Assembly (NCBI GenBank): GCA_030704615.1
Contig: CM060731.1
Coordinates: forward strand, 64,294,001-64,358,000
Direction of reading: 5' to 3'
DNA: 64,000 nt
Source of the DNA: Takakia lepidozioides
Taxonomy: Eukaryota; Plantae; Bryophyta
Part shown: positions 1 to 13,100 of the stretch, one piece after another
Numbering within the stretch: position 1 is the first letter of the stretch
Layout: each line of letters opens with the position of its first letter
Notes under the pieces: generated by a model
The model's database searches: none
What the model was told of the DNA's origin: nothing
The model's input: the letters and a program-made list of their open reading frames with translations, nothing else
Program-made: the position numbers and the translations under genes

Positions 1-270
1 CTGGTGCAGAATTTGCCCCCAGGTGCTGTCAAACTCATTGAGAAGTTGAGTCCTTCTTCATGGGCCAGATCTGCATAAAGCTTCCCCAAGAACCCGCCAA
101 ACCTTCCTAGCATCAGACATAAAGCCTCAGTGAACCTTGAACAGAATAGTCCTAGCATCACTCCATTTGTTTGCATAAACCAAGCCACATCTAGTGGCTT
201 TCCAGATATTCCAAAGCGTTTGGGCTCTTAGAGAGGCCCAGATCGGGCATGATGACCATAAAGCTCCCTC
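1..270 (-). mobile_element. L1-clade LINE ORF2 C-terminal fragment (degenerate)
   Basis: Minus frame reads GALWSSCPIWASLRAQTLWNIWKATRCGLVYANK...KVH*GF, the W..LR...LW.IWK.RC..VF motif at the end of plant L1 ORF2, with an in-frame stop. Confidence 0.65.
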
Positions 271-828
271 ACGAATGTCCGATTTAATTCCATTATATTT
301 AATTCACTTCAATTTGATCCCTTCACATTTGTCTCTTACATTCCAATTTTTGTCCTATGGATGTGGAGAACACAAGTATTCCGTTTGCAAACTTCACAAT
401 TTTGTTTTTTCAAATGTTACATTATGAAAGGTCTCACTGCCTTCCATTTCATGGAACGGAAGGTTTATCTTCCGAATCATGGAACGGAAGGTTCTAATAA
501 CGAGTTCATCGTAAAATCAACTTCAAATTCAATATTTTTGTGAGTTCTGGAACAAACCAATTAAAAGGGCCAGTCCTTTCCATTATAGTATTAGATCGTT
601 ACAAAAGGTCCTTAAAACGAGCGGAGTCTATCCAATCCCTCCGCAAATTGCAAGAGAAATTAAGAAAACATTTGGAATCAGAAACTGTTACTAAATTGCA
701 AAACAAAGGTCCAACCTAGCCTAAGAGGCCATTTTACGTGACCTTTTCGATAGTCTGCTGCCAGCAAAGGCATATGTACCAAATTTTGTCCACATAGTCC
801 AAATCAAATCAGCTAAGCTCTAGTAGTC

Positions 829-1314
829 CTACTTAGTAAGATCTTTCAATAGCTGTGCAGCGGTAGATGGATCAGTTATATTCAGTGTAATATTGCAGTT
901 TGTAAGATTCTGGAAGTGGTGCCCTACGTTTGAGCTGTTGTTGGTGACCGAGGATGTAGTACCCATTTCCAGTTTTTGTTTCTCACATCTGTCACGATAC
1001 TTGAAAAATGCATCATCTACCTCTTTCAATAAAGCAGGATCAGACCAAAAATCATCGTCACCCCATATATTGGCATTCTTGAGCTTCATTTCATTTTGTG
1101 CCTTGACTACCAATGGTGTTATAAAAATATCATGCGATACTCCATATCTGTAATTGTTGCAGGTAGTCTTACCATGATCTGTAGCAGCAACTACATGGTT
1201 GATATCGTCAGTTGATGCAGAAAATGTTTCTTCAACTGGATATGTTGGACCCACACATAGACAAGTAGCTTCCACAAAAGTAGATGGTGTCGATGGTGCA
1301 TTAACCTGATCCAA
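829..1314 (-). CDS. Hypothetical ORF, possible transposon cargo
   Basis: 161-aa ORF with protein-like composition (acidic/charged core, FQNLTNCNITLNI tail); no family recognised. Confidence 0.3.
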   Translation of the reverse strand: MDQVNAPSTPSTFVEATCLCVGPTYPVEETFSASTDDINHVVAATDHGKTTCNNYRYGVSHDIFITPLVVKAQNEMKLKNANIWGDDDFWSDPALLKEVDDAFFKYRDRCEKQKLEMGTTSSVTNNSSNVGHHFQNLTNCNITLNITDPSTAAQLLKDLTK

Positions 1315-1466
1315 TATATTGTACTGGTGGTGAATATTGGTGGAAGGTCGTCTGCAAAATAATCGTCGTTCTCCACTGAGGAATCTCCATGACTAAGAAG
1401 CTCGTCAATTCCACCATCTGGAGCCATTCCATGTATAGAGAACACACGGTTATGAATGGATAATAA

Positions 1467-1925
1467 TTGTCTAATCTAAGAAACAACAGTAGTGGTGTCA
1501 GTGGAAATGGGGAGTACATGCCTGCATCGACGTCATGGTGGACTCCTTTTATGGACGATATTGCCGAGTGCCTTGCCAAGCACGAAAATGACGAGGCAAT
1601 GTTGCTTCAGCAGATCGTCAATGGGAACGGCCCTTCAACAGGGGACTCCACTGCGGATTCTGACGACGACGAGGATGATGATGAAGATGAACACATGGAC
1701 ATTGATGGAGAAGGTGATGAGATGGATGTACATGAAGAGGATGATTTCTGGTGGACAGGGGCAAGCATGGAAATCATTGAATGGAGCTTGTTATCGCAGG
1801 AGAAACATGTTTAGCAACAAACGAACGATGCACTGTTTGAGTGCGGTCATTCCTTTCAGTCTACATGCATTGAAGGGTGGCTGCTTCGAAACGGGTCATG
1901 CCCTGTTTGCCGCAATAGGATATGA
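1467..1925 (+). pseudogene. Acidic protein with partial RING finger (frameshifted)
   Basis: D/E-rich ORF 1467-1814, then in another frame 1833-1925 LFECGHSFQSTCIEGWLLRNGSCPVCRNRI*, the C-terminal half of a RING-H2-like finger (second His is Gln). Confidence 0.6.
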
Positions 1926-3099
1926 GATATTGTAGTCACTGCAGAAAGAAAACTTATATGTATTTCCTGACATAGAAGTGGCTAAAAAAGGCTATGATCA
2001 TTGAGGTCGGCAACGACTATCATGAATAAAAACAAATTGTACCTCTTTGACGTTTTGTACTTTGGCTTCTATTTTCAAAATTTTGAATGGAGTGTTGTGC
2101 TTTAGCTGTTTTGTTCAGTTGGAAAGTGGTTGGACACAACATTTGATGTTTGCCCAGTAACCTTAAAGTTGGCAACGACTTTAAGGATCCGCTCCGAGCT
2201 TTTGAAATGAAAAATACGATGATTGTAAACATGCGTTGAGGTGCATGGACATTGCCTCACAACCTTCATCCGGATCTACTACAGTGTAGGTAGTCGGCAA
2301 CGACTACAAAGAAATCAGAACGGATATGCAAGTTCCAACAAACGTGAACAAGGTAGATTTTTAATCAGTTTTATTTCATCCCAAATCTGGAACCTTGGAA
2401 ACTCTTTTCAAGCGCAGAAGGTGTTTCCTATCGCAAATGCAGTCCCAAGTCCCTATAGTCGGCACCGACCTCAATGGATTTCAAGAAGATGAGCTCGATG
2501 GCACAGCATCCGTGCTTCAAACAAACAACTGTGAACCCATGGGAATATTGATTTCCATTACATTTATTTTGGTGCACGTTGTTTTGAACATGTCAGCAAC
2601 AACATCCAATGTGTATATAGTTTGTGTGTTATGAAATGCTGCTGGCAAGATTGTATATCCGGGACGCCCATGTCTTGTAGTCGGCACAGACTACAAGAAT
2701 TGAGTGAAAGAAAATGGATATGGAGTCATATTTGATTGTAAAAAAGTGCGAGTTGAAAAATGAGCTCATCTGAGCAAAGAGTTGGAGTTAACAAGTTCAT
2801 CCAAATGGTAATGCACTTTGTAGTCGGCACAGACTACAGGGATTCCAAGCATATCCTGTTTCCAAACATGTTTAAAAAATGAGCTTATCCGATGAAAGAG
2901 TTGGAGTTAACAAGTTCATCCAAATGGTCATGCATTTTGTAGTCGGCATAGACTATAAGGATTCCAAACATGCAGGATACCCAATGTGTCTCTATGGGAC
3001 CTAAGCACAAGGATCACGAACTAACATACCCCTGACCTCAGATACAGTGAGAGTTGCGTGATCGATGACCTGGTCTTCCCGCATCTTCAAACGGCGCAG

Positions 3100-3960
3100 C
3101 ATAATATAGTATATGTGCTTGCAGTGGGTGTATGATCATTTTGTTTTCTTCATTTTCTCAAAATCAGGGCATGTACACTCCGAACTTCTAGAGATACAAA
3201 CATTGTATACCTCCCCTGTTTTTGCTGATCCCGGTGTGCACAGTCGCTTGCATCACTTGCAGATTTGCTCGAGGATATCACCTGGGCGAGGAATTTCATG
3301 GTTGGTAATTCGGATGGTGCACGTGACACGCCATTGTGCTCCAGCCGTGTATTCGTTTGACGTTGTCAAACATAACCCAGCTCACCACCGACCCGTATCA
3401 TGTCCACCAAATGGACTCCACAGCCTTTACCAACAGTTGACATATTGAAGACAAAGCATATGTCGTCCATACTCCCTTGACCTGGAAAACGGCTCCCCTA
3501 GATATAGTCGTACCCGCTCCAACTTTTCATTCTCATTAACGCTTCCACATCGCTCTCAATTCCCATTGCCGCTTTTGTCCCAAGTGCTGAGGGGTGTGAG
3601 TGGTTCCCAACATGGATGGCTGCTCTTGTCATTGTTGGTGGACCAAGGACATAAAACATTTTCGCGGGGCAAATGTGCATGCACGTGGGTGCATGATTGC
3701 ACACTACGCATACAAAGGTATTTGGTGGAACTCGGCTGCTTCAAGCCTGTGTCGCTGTCCGGGACTCCGATGTACAAACTGGAGTACTTTGCCGAATCTA
3801 CCCAGAGTATGAGCACTGGGGCAGACAAGGAACACATGAGCTATTGTAAGCATGCAACGCAGTTTACGATTTCCTAACGAACTGTACGTCAACAACGAAA
3901 AGAAATAAATGCAAATGGAATATTTAATGGATGTTAGGTCGGATGAAAACTGTCTACTCA
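3100..3960 (-). pseudogene. Mutator-like (MULE-type DDE) transposase fragment
   Basis: Frameshifted pieces: CNHAPTCMHICPAKMFYV...RAAIHVGNHSHP (Cys/His zinc-binding domain) and WVMFDNVKRIHGWSTMACHVHHPNY (first catalytic Asp region), homologous to the copy at 34380-35790. Confidence 0.7.
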
Positions 3961-4639
3961 ACAACTGGCGGCGGCACGTTTAGCTGGCAATGGCCATTTC
4001 GAAACAACCATTCACCTCCTCTTCATCTGAATTTGTTCTACGCGACAGGGGGATACCTTATTGTCGTTGCCGCCACGACTATTTCAATGGCATGAACATC
4101 GTGAAATAGTTTGTAGGACAGGTTTTCTTCCGTAGTCGGCACCGACTTCATATTGTTGAGATAGATTCCGGCGACGGATCAGCCAGATTTACATTGAATT
4201 GGAAGACGAATCGGAGTAGTCGTTGGCGACTATACCTGTTATTGTTGAAATCGGCCAACAGATCTGCCAAGGTCGCTGTAGATGTTCATTTCATGTGGTT
4301 TTTTTTGCAAATTGGCTTGCAAACGGAATAGTCGACAGCGACTATTGTTTAAATCGGCAACCTCTTTCCATTAATGCACTGTAGTCGCTGCCGACTTCCT
4401 TACGAACGCACAAATTTTCCTTAACAATTTTTTGGCTTACACTAGAAGATAAACCGGCTTTTTCCACGGCTTTTTCCACACTTTTTGCTGTGGAATCAGC
4501 CGCAGTCCACACCTGCCGTGGGTGTAAGAAACGACTAGTGCTTTCGGACACCCCGTGGACGGCCTGGCTCTCGGGTGGCCCTGTGGAAAAGTCCACGGGA
4601 GGCTTTTTCCACGGGTGGCTTTTGACGGGCTTGAAAGAG

Positions 4640-4768
4640 GCATCGGCATCACCTGCCATGAAAGCATCATTTGAAGAATTCATAAGATCACTGATGGACT
4701 CCCCCCGGGCTACCCTCGTAGGTCCTCCTGTATGCATCATCTCCGACATGTTCTTGGGTTGGACTCAG
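4640..4768 (+). pseudogene. UDP-glycosyltransferase N-terminal fragment (CACTA cargo)
   Basis: AMKASFEEFIRSLMDSP...PPVCIISDMFLGWTQ is the plant UGT PP.CIISD.F..W motif; followed by a GTAAGT donor-like site. Confidence 0.75.
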
Positions 4769-6299
4769 GTAAGTGCCTATGATTGCATTACAAGACAGCT
4801 TTCATTCAGGGTTGTATTTGCAGTTTCCCGTGTCGAGCACATGTGATTCTACAACAAGATACATGCCACTCGGTACTATGAATTCAAGCTCGAGTCGCAT
4901 CACATTGGGAAGATGGACAATTAGTGTGATCATGAGCCTTCCACTCACTCACAAAACATACACCATTGATCTAATAAGCTAGGCCGAGAAAGATACACAA
5001 GATATTTGTTATGGAATCTTTAGGTCTACCACATTTGGGAGGATAGTGCATTGCTTTAGTAAGTCACGGGGTGCATGGTGACATGGCCGATGGCATAGCT
5101 GACATGGCAGAGTGTGAAAAAGGCCAGTGTGGCATGTTTCATGGCGGATTTCACACCTTGAACAAGCCATTATGCGACACGTGTCATATTTCACACGTTC
5201 GACAAGTCACTATGCAATACGTGTTCGTTCCTGTGTGGTGGTACGCATAAATAAATAAATAATTGATTTCCAATATTAAGTTTGAATATTAATGGATTTA
5301 ATTTATTGTTATTATTATTATGATGATTATTATTATTATAGGGAAAATGGACAGTGGCCTTGATGAGAACTGTCCATTGGCCTTGATGAGAACATTATTA
5401 AATAACAAAATATTGAAATTATGTTTTTAGAAATTATATTTATTCGCTCAGATACCAAAATACACCCTTTGCAGGGAAGGAGAGTTTGCCTTAGTGTGTC
5501 TATGCTGAGTTGCGTCTCCTACTCTCTGTAATCTAATAGGCATTCACCTTTTTCCCTCGGTTGTCCCTCCCTTGACTGGGGTCAGAAAAGCATTCATTCC
5601 ACAGCTTCTCCTCATCTCTGTTACATGTTTCTGGATACTTTTCTATTGTCACTTTGGCAGTATCATGTCAAAATCACTCAAAACTATGTATCATCTACCC
5701 ATGCAGGTTTCTTATAGCTATCCTTCCGCAGGGAATCATAAGTAATCTGGAGCTTGAAATCCGGCCCTCTTGGATGACACTCTATCCCCGCTCCTTCAGC
5801 TATACATGCCTCTGCACAGATCATGCATACATCCTTGCATTGTTGTTAGCAGCTGGCAATGACAGCCTAGATTTGTTCTAGCAAAACCCAACTCAACTTA
5901 TCACACTAGTTCATATTCTCAATTGCATCTACCACTCTATAATCCAAAGGCATTTACCTTCCAAGACGGTTGTCCCACCATGACTGGGGTCAGAAAAGTA
6001 TTCATTCCACAACTTCTCCTCTCTGTTACCTATTTATGGATACTTTCCTATTGTCACTTTGGCAGTATCATGTCAAAGTCACTCCAAACTATCAAAGGTT
6101 CACTCAACCAGCTAACTTGCAGAATTCTTGAAACATGAAAATTTAGGGCAATTTTGATAAGAGAGGAAAACAGAGTGAAATGTGTTGAAGAATGTGCCTT
6201 GATTAGCATTGCCTAATTTTATCAATTGTGCCGCTGCTGCGGCTTCTAGTTGAGCATCTACCCATGCAGGTTTCTTGGAGCTATTTTTCCACGGGGAAT

Positions 6300-7010
6300 C
6301 ACCACTTCCCGCATCATTGCTCATAGGTCTCCAAAGCCTCCATCCGCGCCCTTGCTGTGCATATCCTGCAATCATCAAACTCCACGACACCACATCTCGT
6401 TCAGCCATACTGTCGAACACTTCCTTTGCATCCTCGATGCACCCACATTTGGCATACATGCAGTCCACCAGGGCAGTGTTCAAAATGACATCGGGTACAA
6501 TTCCAGATTTGACGATGTCACCATGGACCTCTTTGCCCTTTTCCAGAGCTCCCAGGCTTGCACATGCATTACAAACAAATGTGATGTGGTTGGGCTTCAC
6601 CCCTTCGCGCAGCAGTTGCTCATAGGTCTCCAAAGCATTCCTACCACACCCATGCTTGGTAACTCCTGTCGGCATTATATTCCACGTGATCAAAGATCGT
6701 TGAGGCATTCTGTTGAACACTTGGTGAGCATCCATGATGCTCCCACACTTAATATACATGGAGACAAGGGTGTTGAGTAGAAAAACATTTGGCGTGAATC
6801 CACTTTGAATTATGTGAGTGTGCACCTGCTTTCTAGCTTTCAGACCTTCCATCTTGATGCACTTAAGCAAGAGACAGACATACGTACCTGAATCTGCTGA
6901 AATGCCTCATTGGTTTAAAGTTTGTAGAGCCTCTGTTAGTCTGCCTGCCGCAAAGCATCTTCACATGCCCAGAAGTGCCAGAAGAGACATCGTGGACTCC
7001 CTCTCTTGAT
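6300..7010 (-). pseudogene. PLS-class pentatricopeptide repeat gene fragment (CACTA cargo)
   Basis: PNVFLLNTLVSMYIKCGSIMDAHQVFNRM, KPNHITFV-CNACASLGALEKGKEVH, MYAKCGCIEDAKEVFDSMAERDVVSWSLMIAGYAQQG; small deletions and frameshifts. Confidence 0.9.
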
Positions 7011-8313
7011 TCTCTTTCAGAAGTTGTGGTCATGGATTGAAAGCGGAGTGAAATCATGGCCAACGACACAATGAAGAGATAGACACGAATAGCGCTGCCG
7101 GAAACATCAACAGCCACAATACTCAAGCCCTGTCAGTGGCCCACAAGAAAACCAAGGTTCACTTTGGGCATACACAACTTCTTTTATATGAACATGGCAA
7201 ATATTCATAAGTTGAACTCCTAGAGTGGATTTTATAAACCCCTGACTTCATCTTTTGACAGCGAATGAACATGAAAAGCTGAAAGCACGTCACATCACTT
7301 CTCAGACAACCACATTGCCTAACCTGCAAATGGGCTTGTTGTACAAGCCCATATCCTCAAGGTTTATGCAAGAAGATACTTGTACCACACCCTTTCCACA
7401 TCCTACCAACTCGCTACCAGAGCATTTAAAAGCGATGCAACTAACCTCACTGGCAATAGCTGTTCTGCCCTGTGCAGTAGCTACTACAGACCATGCCAAG
7501 GTGGCCATGTTCAAAACCAGTGTTTCAGAAATGCCTGATAAGCCATTATCAAAGCATCAGCCAATAGAACAACATGAGATTGACACTTAGCAATAACACA
7601 CAACACCTTTTAGTCACTACAACACAAAGATCATGGTGTACGGTGGGTTCAAGATATCCACCGCTCGCTACTACCTTTCAGTCACAATCAGGTGCGTTCT
7701 TTAAGCACTAAAGTACTAAACATATGTCTTAATCTAGATATATATGCCTTTATCAAGGGTAGAAAATAGCTTTTTTCCCTTGTAGGCCAATACAATATTA
7801 CAAATCTAACTGACCCTTCGGTGGCTAACCTACAGTCATGTCAAAACACAACACAATCTCCATGAGAGACCTGATAATGTTCATGTAAGCTACTGGTTAA
7901 CTTGACAATGCAGTTTCATACACAAGAAAGTGAGAGATATCTAAGCCACACCAGAAAGCAGTGTTGTGCTCTAAAATGTGCTAGCAAAAAAGTAAGGAAA
8001 TACGGCAAACCCCTCTTGCTAGCACAATGTACAAGTTCCCTCCTCTGCCCGTATGAGCATGTCAGTGCATGCTACTCTTATTTAGCACGCAACATGCAAT
8101 CTTCAGCATATATAAGAATGGTCCAGCTCTTCCCAAAAAATTTCCTATCACCTCTTGGCCTTCATTTTCATTCCCTTTATCAGAGATAACTAGTTGTATA
8201 TAACCCATGAACAAGAGTTGACTTGCGGAGTTCAGTTTGAAGTTCACTCCTAAGCTTAAATTTACCTCCTCATAATCTCTTGCAAATGAGTTAACCTCAA
8301 AGATAGTAACAGA

Positions 8314-8755
8314 CCTGTTCTAATTCAGATGAAGCAGAGAGAGCAGCAACAAGTTCACAGTTCAACTTGATAGCCTCAGCATGTGCTGCTAAGGCTGCTG
8401 CCTCTAATTCCTCCTTCCCTTTAAGTGCTGCCACCAACTTCTCTCTTGTTGCATCCTCCTCTTCTGTGGTTCTCTGCACTCATGTAACAACATTATGTGG
8501 GTGCTGAAAGCCGTGCTTTCAAATTTTAGCAACAATTCAATGGAAGAGGATTTGAGACGCTACCCCTGTTGGCTTCTCCATGGGCATGTCCTCGGTCCTT
8601 ATATCTTGCTGGTCTCCAGAGGAGGGTGTTGTGCCATTTGCTGAAGGTGATGGTGCAGCTGAAGATTGTGGCACAGAAAATGCTGCTGCTGCTGCTGGAG
8701 ACTTCAGAATTTTCGGGCGTGACTTCTCCACAGGACTAGCCTTGAAGATGTGTAC
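8314..8755 (-). pseudogene. Captured exons of a coiled-coil protein
   Basis: QRTTEEEDATREKLVAALKGKEELEAAALAAHAEAIKLNCELVAALSASSELEQ ending at a GT donor, with an upstream Ala/Pro-rich exon; no complete gene. Confidence 0.45.
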
Positions 8756-9289
8756 CTGGTGTACAGTCCATCCATCAGTTTCAAGCGTACAATCTAGCTG
8801 GGTAGGACTACACAGAAGATGAAAGGATGTGGAAGGGATTAAAATGCAAACCGCATTGTTGTAGTGACCATTGTATCCCCCGAAAGCTACTGTATGGACA
8901 TTTCAATCAGAGTATCTCATAGTAATGCCGGAAATATACATGGGAGTCAGTATTTCCGAAATTATCAACAAGGATTTGCGGTATGAGCACAGTATCTGGC
9001 TGAAACTGAAATGAAGGGCGGCGTGACCTCTTTGTGAGTTGTGTCCACGTACAGAGTGTAGTTCCTACAAGACAAGTAGTACGAGTCAGTATGCAAAGTG
9101 ACCTGCGAAGAAGAAAGTGCCCTCACCACATTGTCCTCGACCTTGTGTCATGACCCATGGAGGATTTGACTAACCATGAACCCAAGAGGACCTCTTGTGT
9201 GTGCTGCTTGTGTCTATAGTCTGGTAATGTCGGATTGGTCAGTGAGAACCACCACGGCGCAATTGAGCAGGCAGAGATTGAAACACAGC

Positions 9290-9460
9290 ATGCGTTAGGG
9301 TTCAACCTGTCCGACATCATTTCCTCATATGTTTCCAAAGCCTTCGTACCATATTACGATCATTGCATTCCACGACACCACATCTTGGCAGCCATTTCGT
9401 CGAACACACCCTTCGCATCCTTGGAAAACTCATGGCTGTTGTCCCACCATCGTAAAGGGT
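9290..9460 (-). pseudogene. Second PPR fragment (CACTA cargo)
   Basis: DAKGVFDEMAA...YGTKALETYEEMMSDRLNPNA, disrupted. Confidence 0.7.
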
Positions 9461-9621
9461 AAAACTCATGCCAGCTTTGCTCTGTGCTGCAAATTCAGGG
9501 CCGAGTCTGATGAGAGGGCAAAACAGGCTAAAATAGGTCGAAGAAGAAGGTGCCCTCACCACATTGGCCTCGAGTTCCTGCTATCACGACGCTTGGCACT
9601 AAGAAGGCTGGACCCCAAAAA

Positions 9622-10149
9622 ACGCTAAGTCCCAGCCCTGCACACCGGCAACCCTAAATTCGAGCCAACTTTTGAAGTTTATTAACGTTTTGCACCCTAA
9701 CATTATATAAAAATAATTATATGGTCCATGTAATTATGTGAAGGTATTTTTAGCTATATATATATATGTTAGGGTGCAAAATGTATATATATATCAAGGT
9801 ACAGTGGCCCTGGTTAATTTATTTATTGGGTAAGGTTCATAGTCATGAAATGAGTAGTTAAAACAATTATTTCTATCTAATACTGACGCTAAGTCCCAGC
9901 CCTGCACACCGGCAGCCCTAAATTCGAGCCAACTTTTGAAGTTTTTTAACGTTTTGCACCCTAACATTATATAAAATAATTATATGGTCCATGTAATTAT
10001 GTGAAGGTATTTTTAGCTATATATATATATGTTAGGGTGCAAAATGTATATATATAACAAGGTACAAAGGCCCTGGTTAATTTATTTATTGGGTAAGGTT
10101 CATAGTCATGAAATGAGTAGTTAAAACAATTATTTCTATCTAATACTGA
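9622..10149. repeat. Near-perfect tandem duplication (2 x 264 bp), each unit with an internal inverted repeat
   Basis: Units start ACGCTAAGTCCCAGCCC at 9622 and 9886; each contains TTTTGCACCCTAACAT...ATGTTAGGGTGCAAAA. Confidence 0.95.
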
Positions 10150-13100
10150 TTTATATATTTTAATTTACATGAATTTAAAATATAATTGTGGAGTTGCTAA
10201 TGAAGTTGTTGAAACCACTTACAATTTAAAATAAATCACCTTGTATAGAGACTCACCATGCTACCCACCTAGACCTGGGTTTCTTTATTGGTCTCTTGTT
10301 AAAATTCTATGGATTTTTTCAAAATATTCTGGTTTTTTCTTTGATGTGTGAGATGACAAAGTCCAAGCATGTTACATAGACAGGGAGTTCAACTTAAGGA
10401 TGATGCAAGTGATTTGTGGCAAAAAGTGTAAATCATGCCTATGCCTGTTTGTCCTAGTTGTGTTATAGGGTGCAACGGAACGAGGCCACCTTTGAATGCG
10501 ATCCCCATGCTCATTTCACCAAGGGCATTATAGACTTCATAATGTAGAGATTGAAAATGGGGTGTAGCAGGGGGTGATTCTTCATTTGCTACTAGCCCAT
10601 CGTGCATATTTCTAAACATGAACATGAAGCTCATGATCATTTTCCAAGGGCATCATTCTCAAACTCCCCATACACCACAATGTGGAAATTCTATGGTCTC
10701 ATTTCACACATGTGTGTAACATGCCATGTAAACTAAGCCAACTCCCGCCACGCTCATGGCTGTTTTCACACCGTTCTTGCCTTGGGTGTGGATCACATGT
10801 GAGACACCCTACAGTTAGGGCATATTTTGACCCACACCTTGGCTCACTCTACAGACCCGTGATAAAAAGCCGTGGAATGTGCTAGGTGTGAGATGGCATA
10901 CCCGTGGAAAAAGCCGGTTTCTCTTCTAGTGTTAAATGTGCTTGTAGTTGGCACCGACCTTCAATTTTCCTTAAATGTACACATTCGATTTGAAATATTG
11001 GAAGATACTGGATTGTAAATAGAAGCATTTCCCGCGTTATGAGGGTGTAGTCGGCGCCGACTACGAAAATTGGCGCATGTTGTGGCGGATTGCGCCGCGT
11101 GGAGGCAGTCAATGAAATCCAAGTCGGCACCGACCTTATGGAATTATTGAAATTTGTAGTAATTTGCAGAGTTAAAGACAGTGAACACTTCCTCTTCAAT
11201 GGCATTACAGTGTATGGTCAGCGCCGACCAATTCTTGCGGAAGGCATTTCCCGACTGTGTGGTTGCCAATCGATCATTCACTTCCGGAATATGCGCTCTT
11301 TGACTCATAATTTCTGCTCCTCCAAAAACTTCCACGACCCTGCAAAGGATATTAAGATTCGGGGATATGAAGTTTGGATATTGAGTTCGGATATTAGAGT
11401 TGATTATACCATTTTGGATGACGCTCTGCAAACCCGGACCCCCATTGCACCCAGAAGGGATTCACGGATATTGAAATTGACAGTTCTGCGTTTGAGTCAA
11501 CATAAATTTTACCATTCATTCCTTTTCCATTTCTCATCCTAATCTATTTGGATGTAGTCCAGGCCACGTGTCAGAAATGACTGAGTCGTCTAGTGGTGCG
11601 GTAAGAGGCTATTTCTCAATTTTGGGGATGTGGTAGCCATCTCATATTGCTCATGCAGGTTTGGATGGTGTTCATTCGACGCACATTTAACACCCACATC
11701 GGATGACGACGGATGGCGTGCTTCCATGGATGGGGGATTTGATTTTTCATCCGTTATTGCTATTTGAATTTTGGCGCGGGCCACGTGGCACAAAGTCCGG
11801 TTACTGCGTGGCGTCGCTGCACTAGCTCAATTTAGTAGGCATACGTTACGGCTTGCGTAGGACGGGTTCTCATCCCTTTCCGGGTTCGGCAGTGCGTACG
11901 GTCATGCAGATTCTCCTCTGCAGTGCCCGACTCTTCGGCTTCCCTTTCTATTTTCGAGCTGGGGAACGTCGTCGTCATGGAGCCTCAAGCGGAGGAAGAG
12001 GGGGAGTTTGTGCTGCCCATGCAAACACGTATACTGCGCGGGCGGATGGTGGTCTCCCAGCAGAGCAGCGAGGGTGCTAGACCTCCCAAAAAATCAGTGA
12101 AACTTTGTAAGAAAACAACGACTTCACAGGAAGGCGGTTTGGTGTCTACAGCGGCCACACCGTCGATGGATCGTCCTCCCCTCTCCCCCATTTTTTGAAG
12201 CGGTGCATCGGCAGGTCTAGCAACGAGCGCACAAGGAGGCGGACCTGTTCAAAATGTTGCAAGTGTGCAAGACACTGTGCTGACGAACGTTGTTTTGACT
12301 GGCGACATGCGTAAGCAAGCCCTACTCTCACTCACTACAAGTGCCATGAACCACATAATGAGTTCTATTTCGCACTTGCTGAGGAATGGTGCTCTGCCAA
12401 GAATACCGTTATGCAGGATACAACCCCTCCCGGCTGTGCGCATGGCTGAGCGCCCAGACATCAACAAGCTCAAGTTGTTTTTTGAGGCGGACAGGTACAA
12501 CAATGCACTTGCATCACTACTACTTTCCATCAATGACGATGGTGGACAGAGCCAAGAAATCCAACAGGGAGATCGGGATGCATGGTTTGAACATTGGCAG
12601 GCAGCGGATGCTGCATTTGGGGAAGACATAAAGAACACGGAGTGGGAGTTTCTCTCCAACAAATGATTGCACATCTATGACGGGAATCACAGGTGGTATG
12701 GATGGAGGTCATACGCGAGCAGCACGCAGACGACGCGAGTTGGCACTACCGGGTGAACGCAAAGATTAAGAGTTCCGATCTGGGCCTCATACGGCGTGCA
12801 ATGAATCGTATGGATGTGTGAGTTTCTATCCCCACTTTTGCTCACATGAGCATAGGTATAGGGTTTAGCAATTCGGGGATGTCCTTTGCATGGGGTTGCA
12901 GGTCTTGCATAAGTAAATCGACTGGGTGCTTCATGGACTAATTTGTAGATTCAACCATCTCCGACGAATTTGGTAAGTGCAGTTATAGTCGGAGCCGACT
13001 ATAACTGAGGGGATTGACTTCTTTAGAATATAGACGTCATTCCAATTCATTAATTAGACGTGTAAAGTGAGATGGAGTCGGAAGTATTTCCTGGTGGGAG

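Larger units (their letters stand above)
4440..10931. mobile_element. Non-autonomous CACTA element with captured gene fragments (Pack-CACTA)
   Basis: Left TIR CACTAGAAGATAAACCGGCTTTTTCCACGG (4440), right end CCGTGGAAAAAGCCGGTTTCTCTTCTAGTG (ends 10931), TSD TTA at 4437-4439 and 10932-10934, subterminal TTTTTCCACGG repeats, no transposase. Confidence 0.93.
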
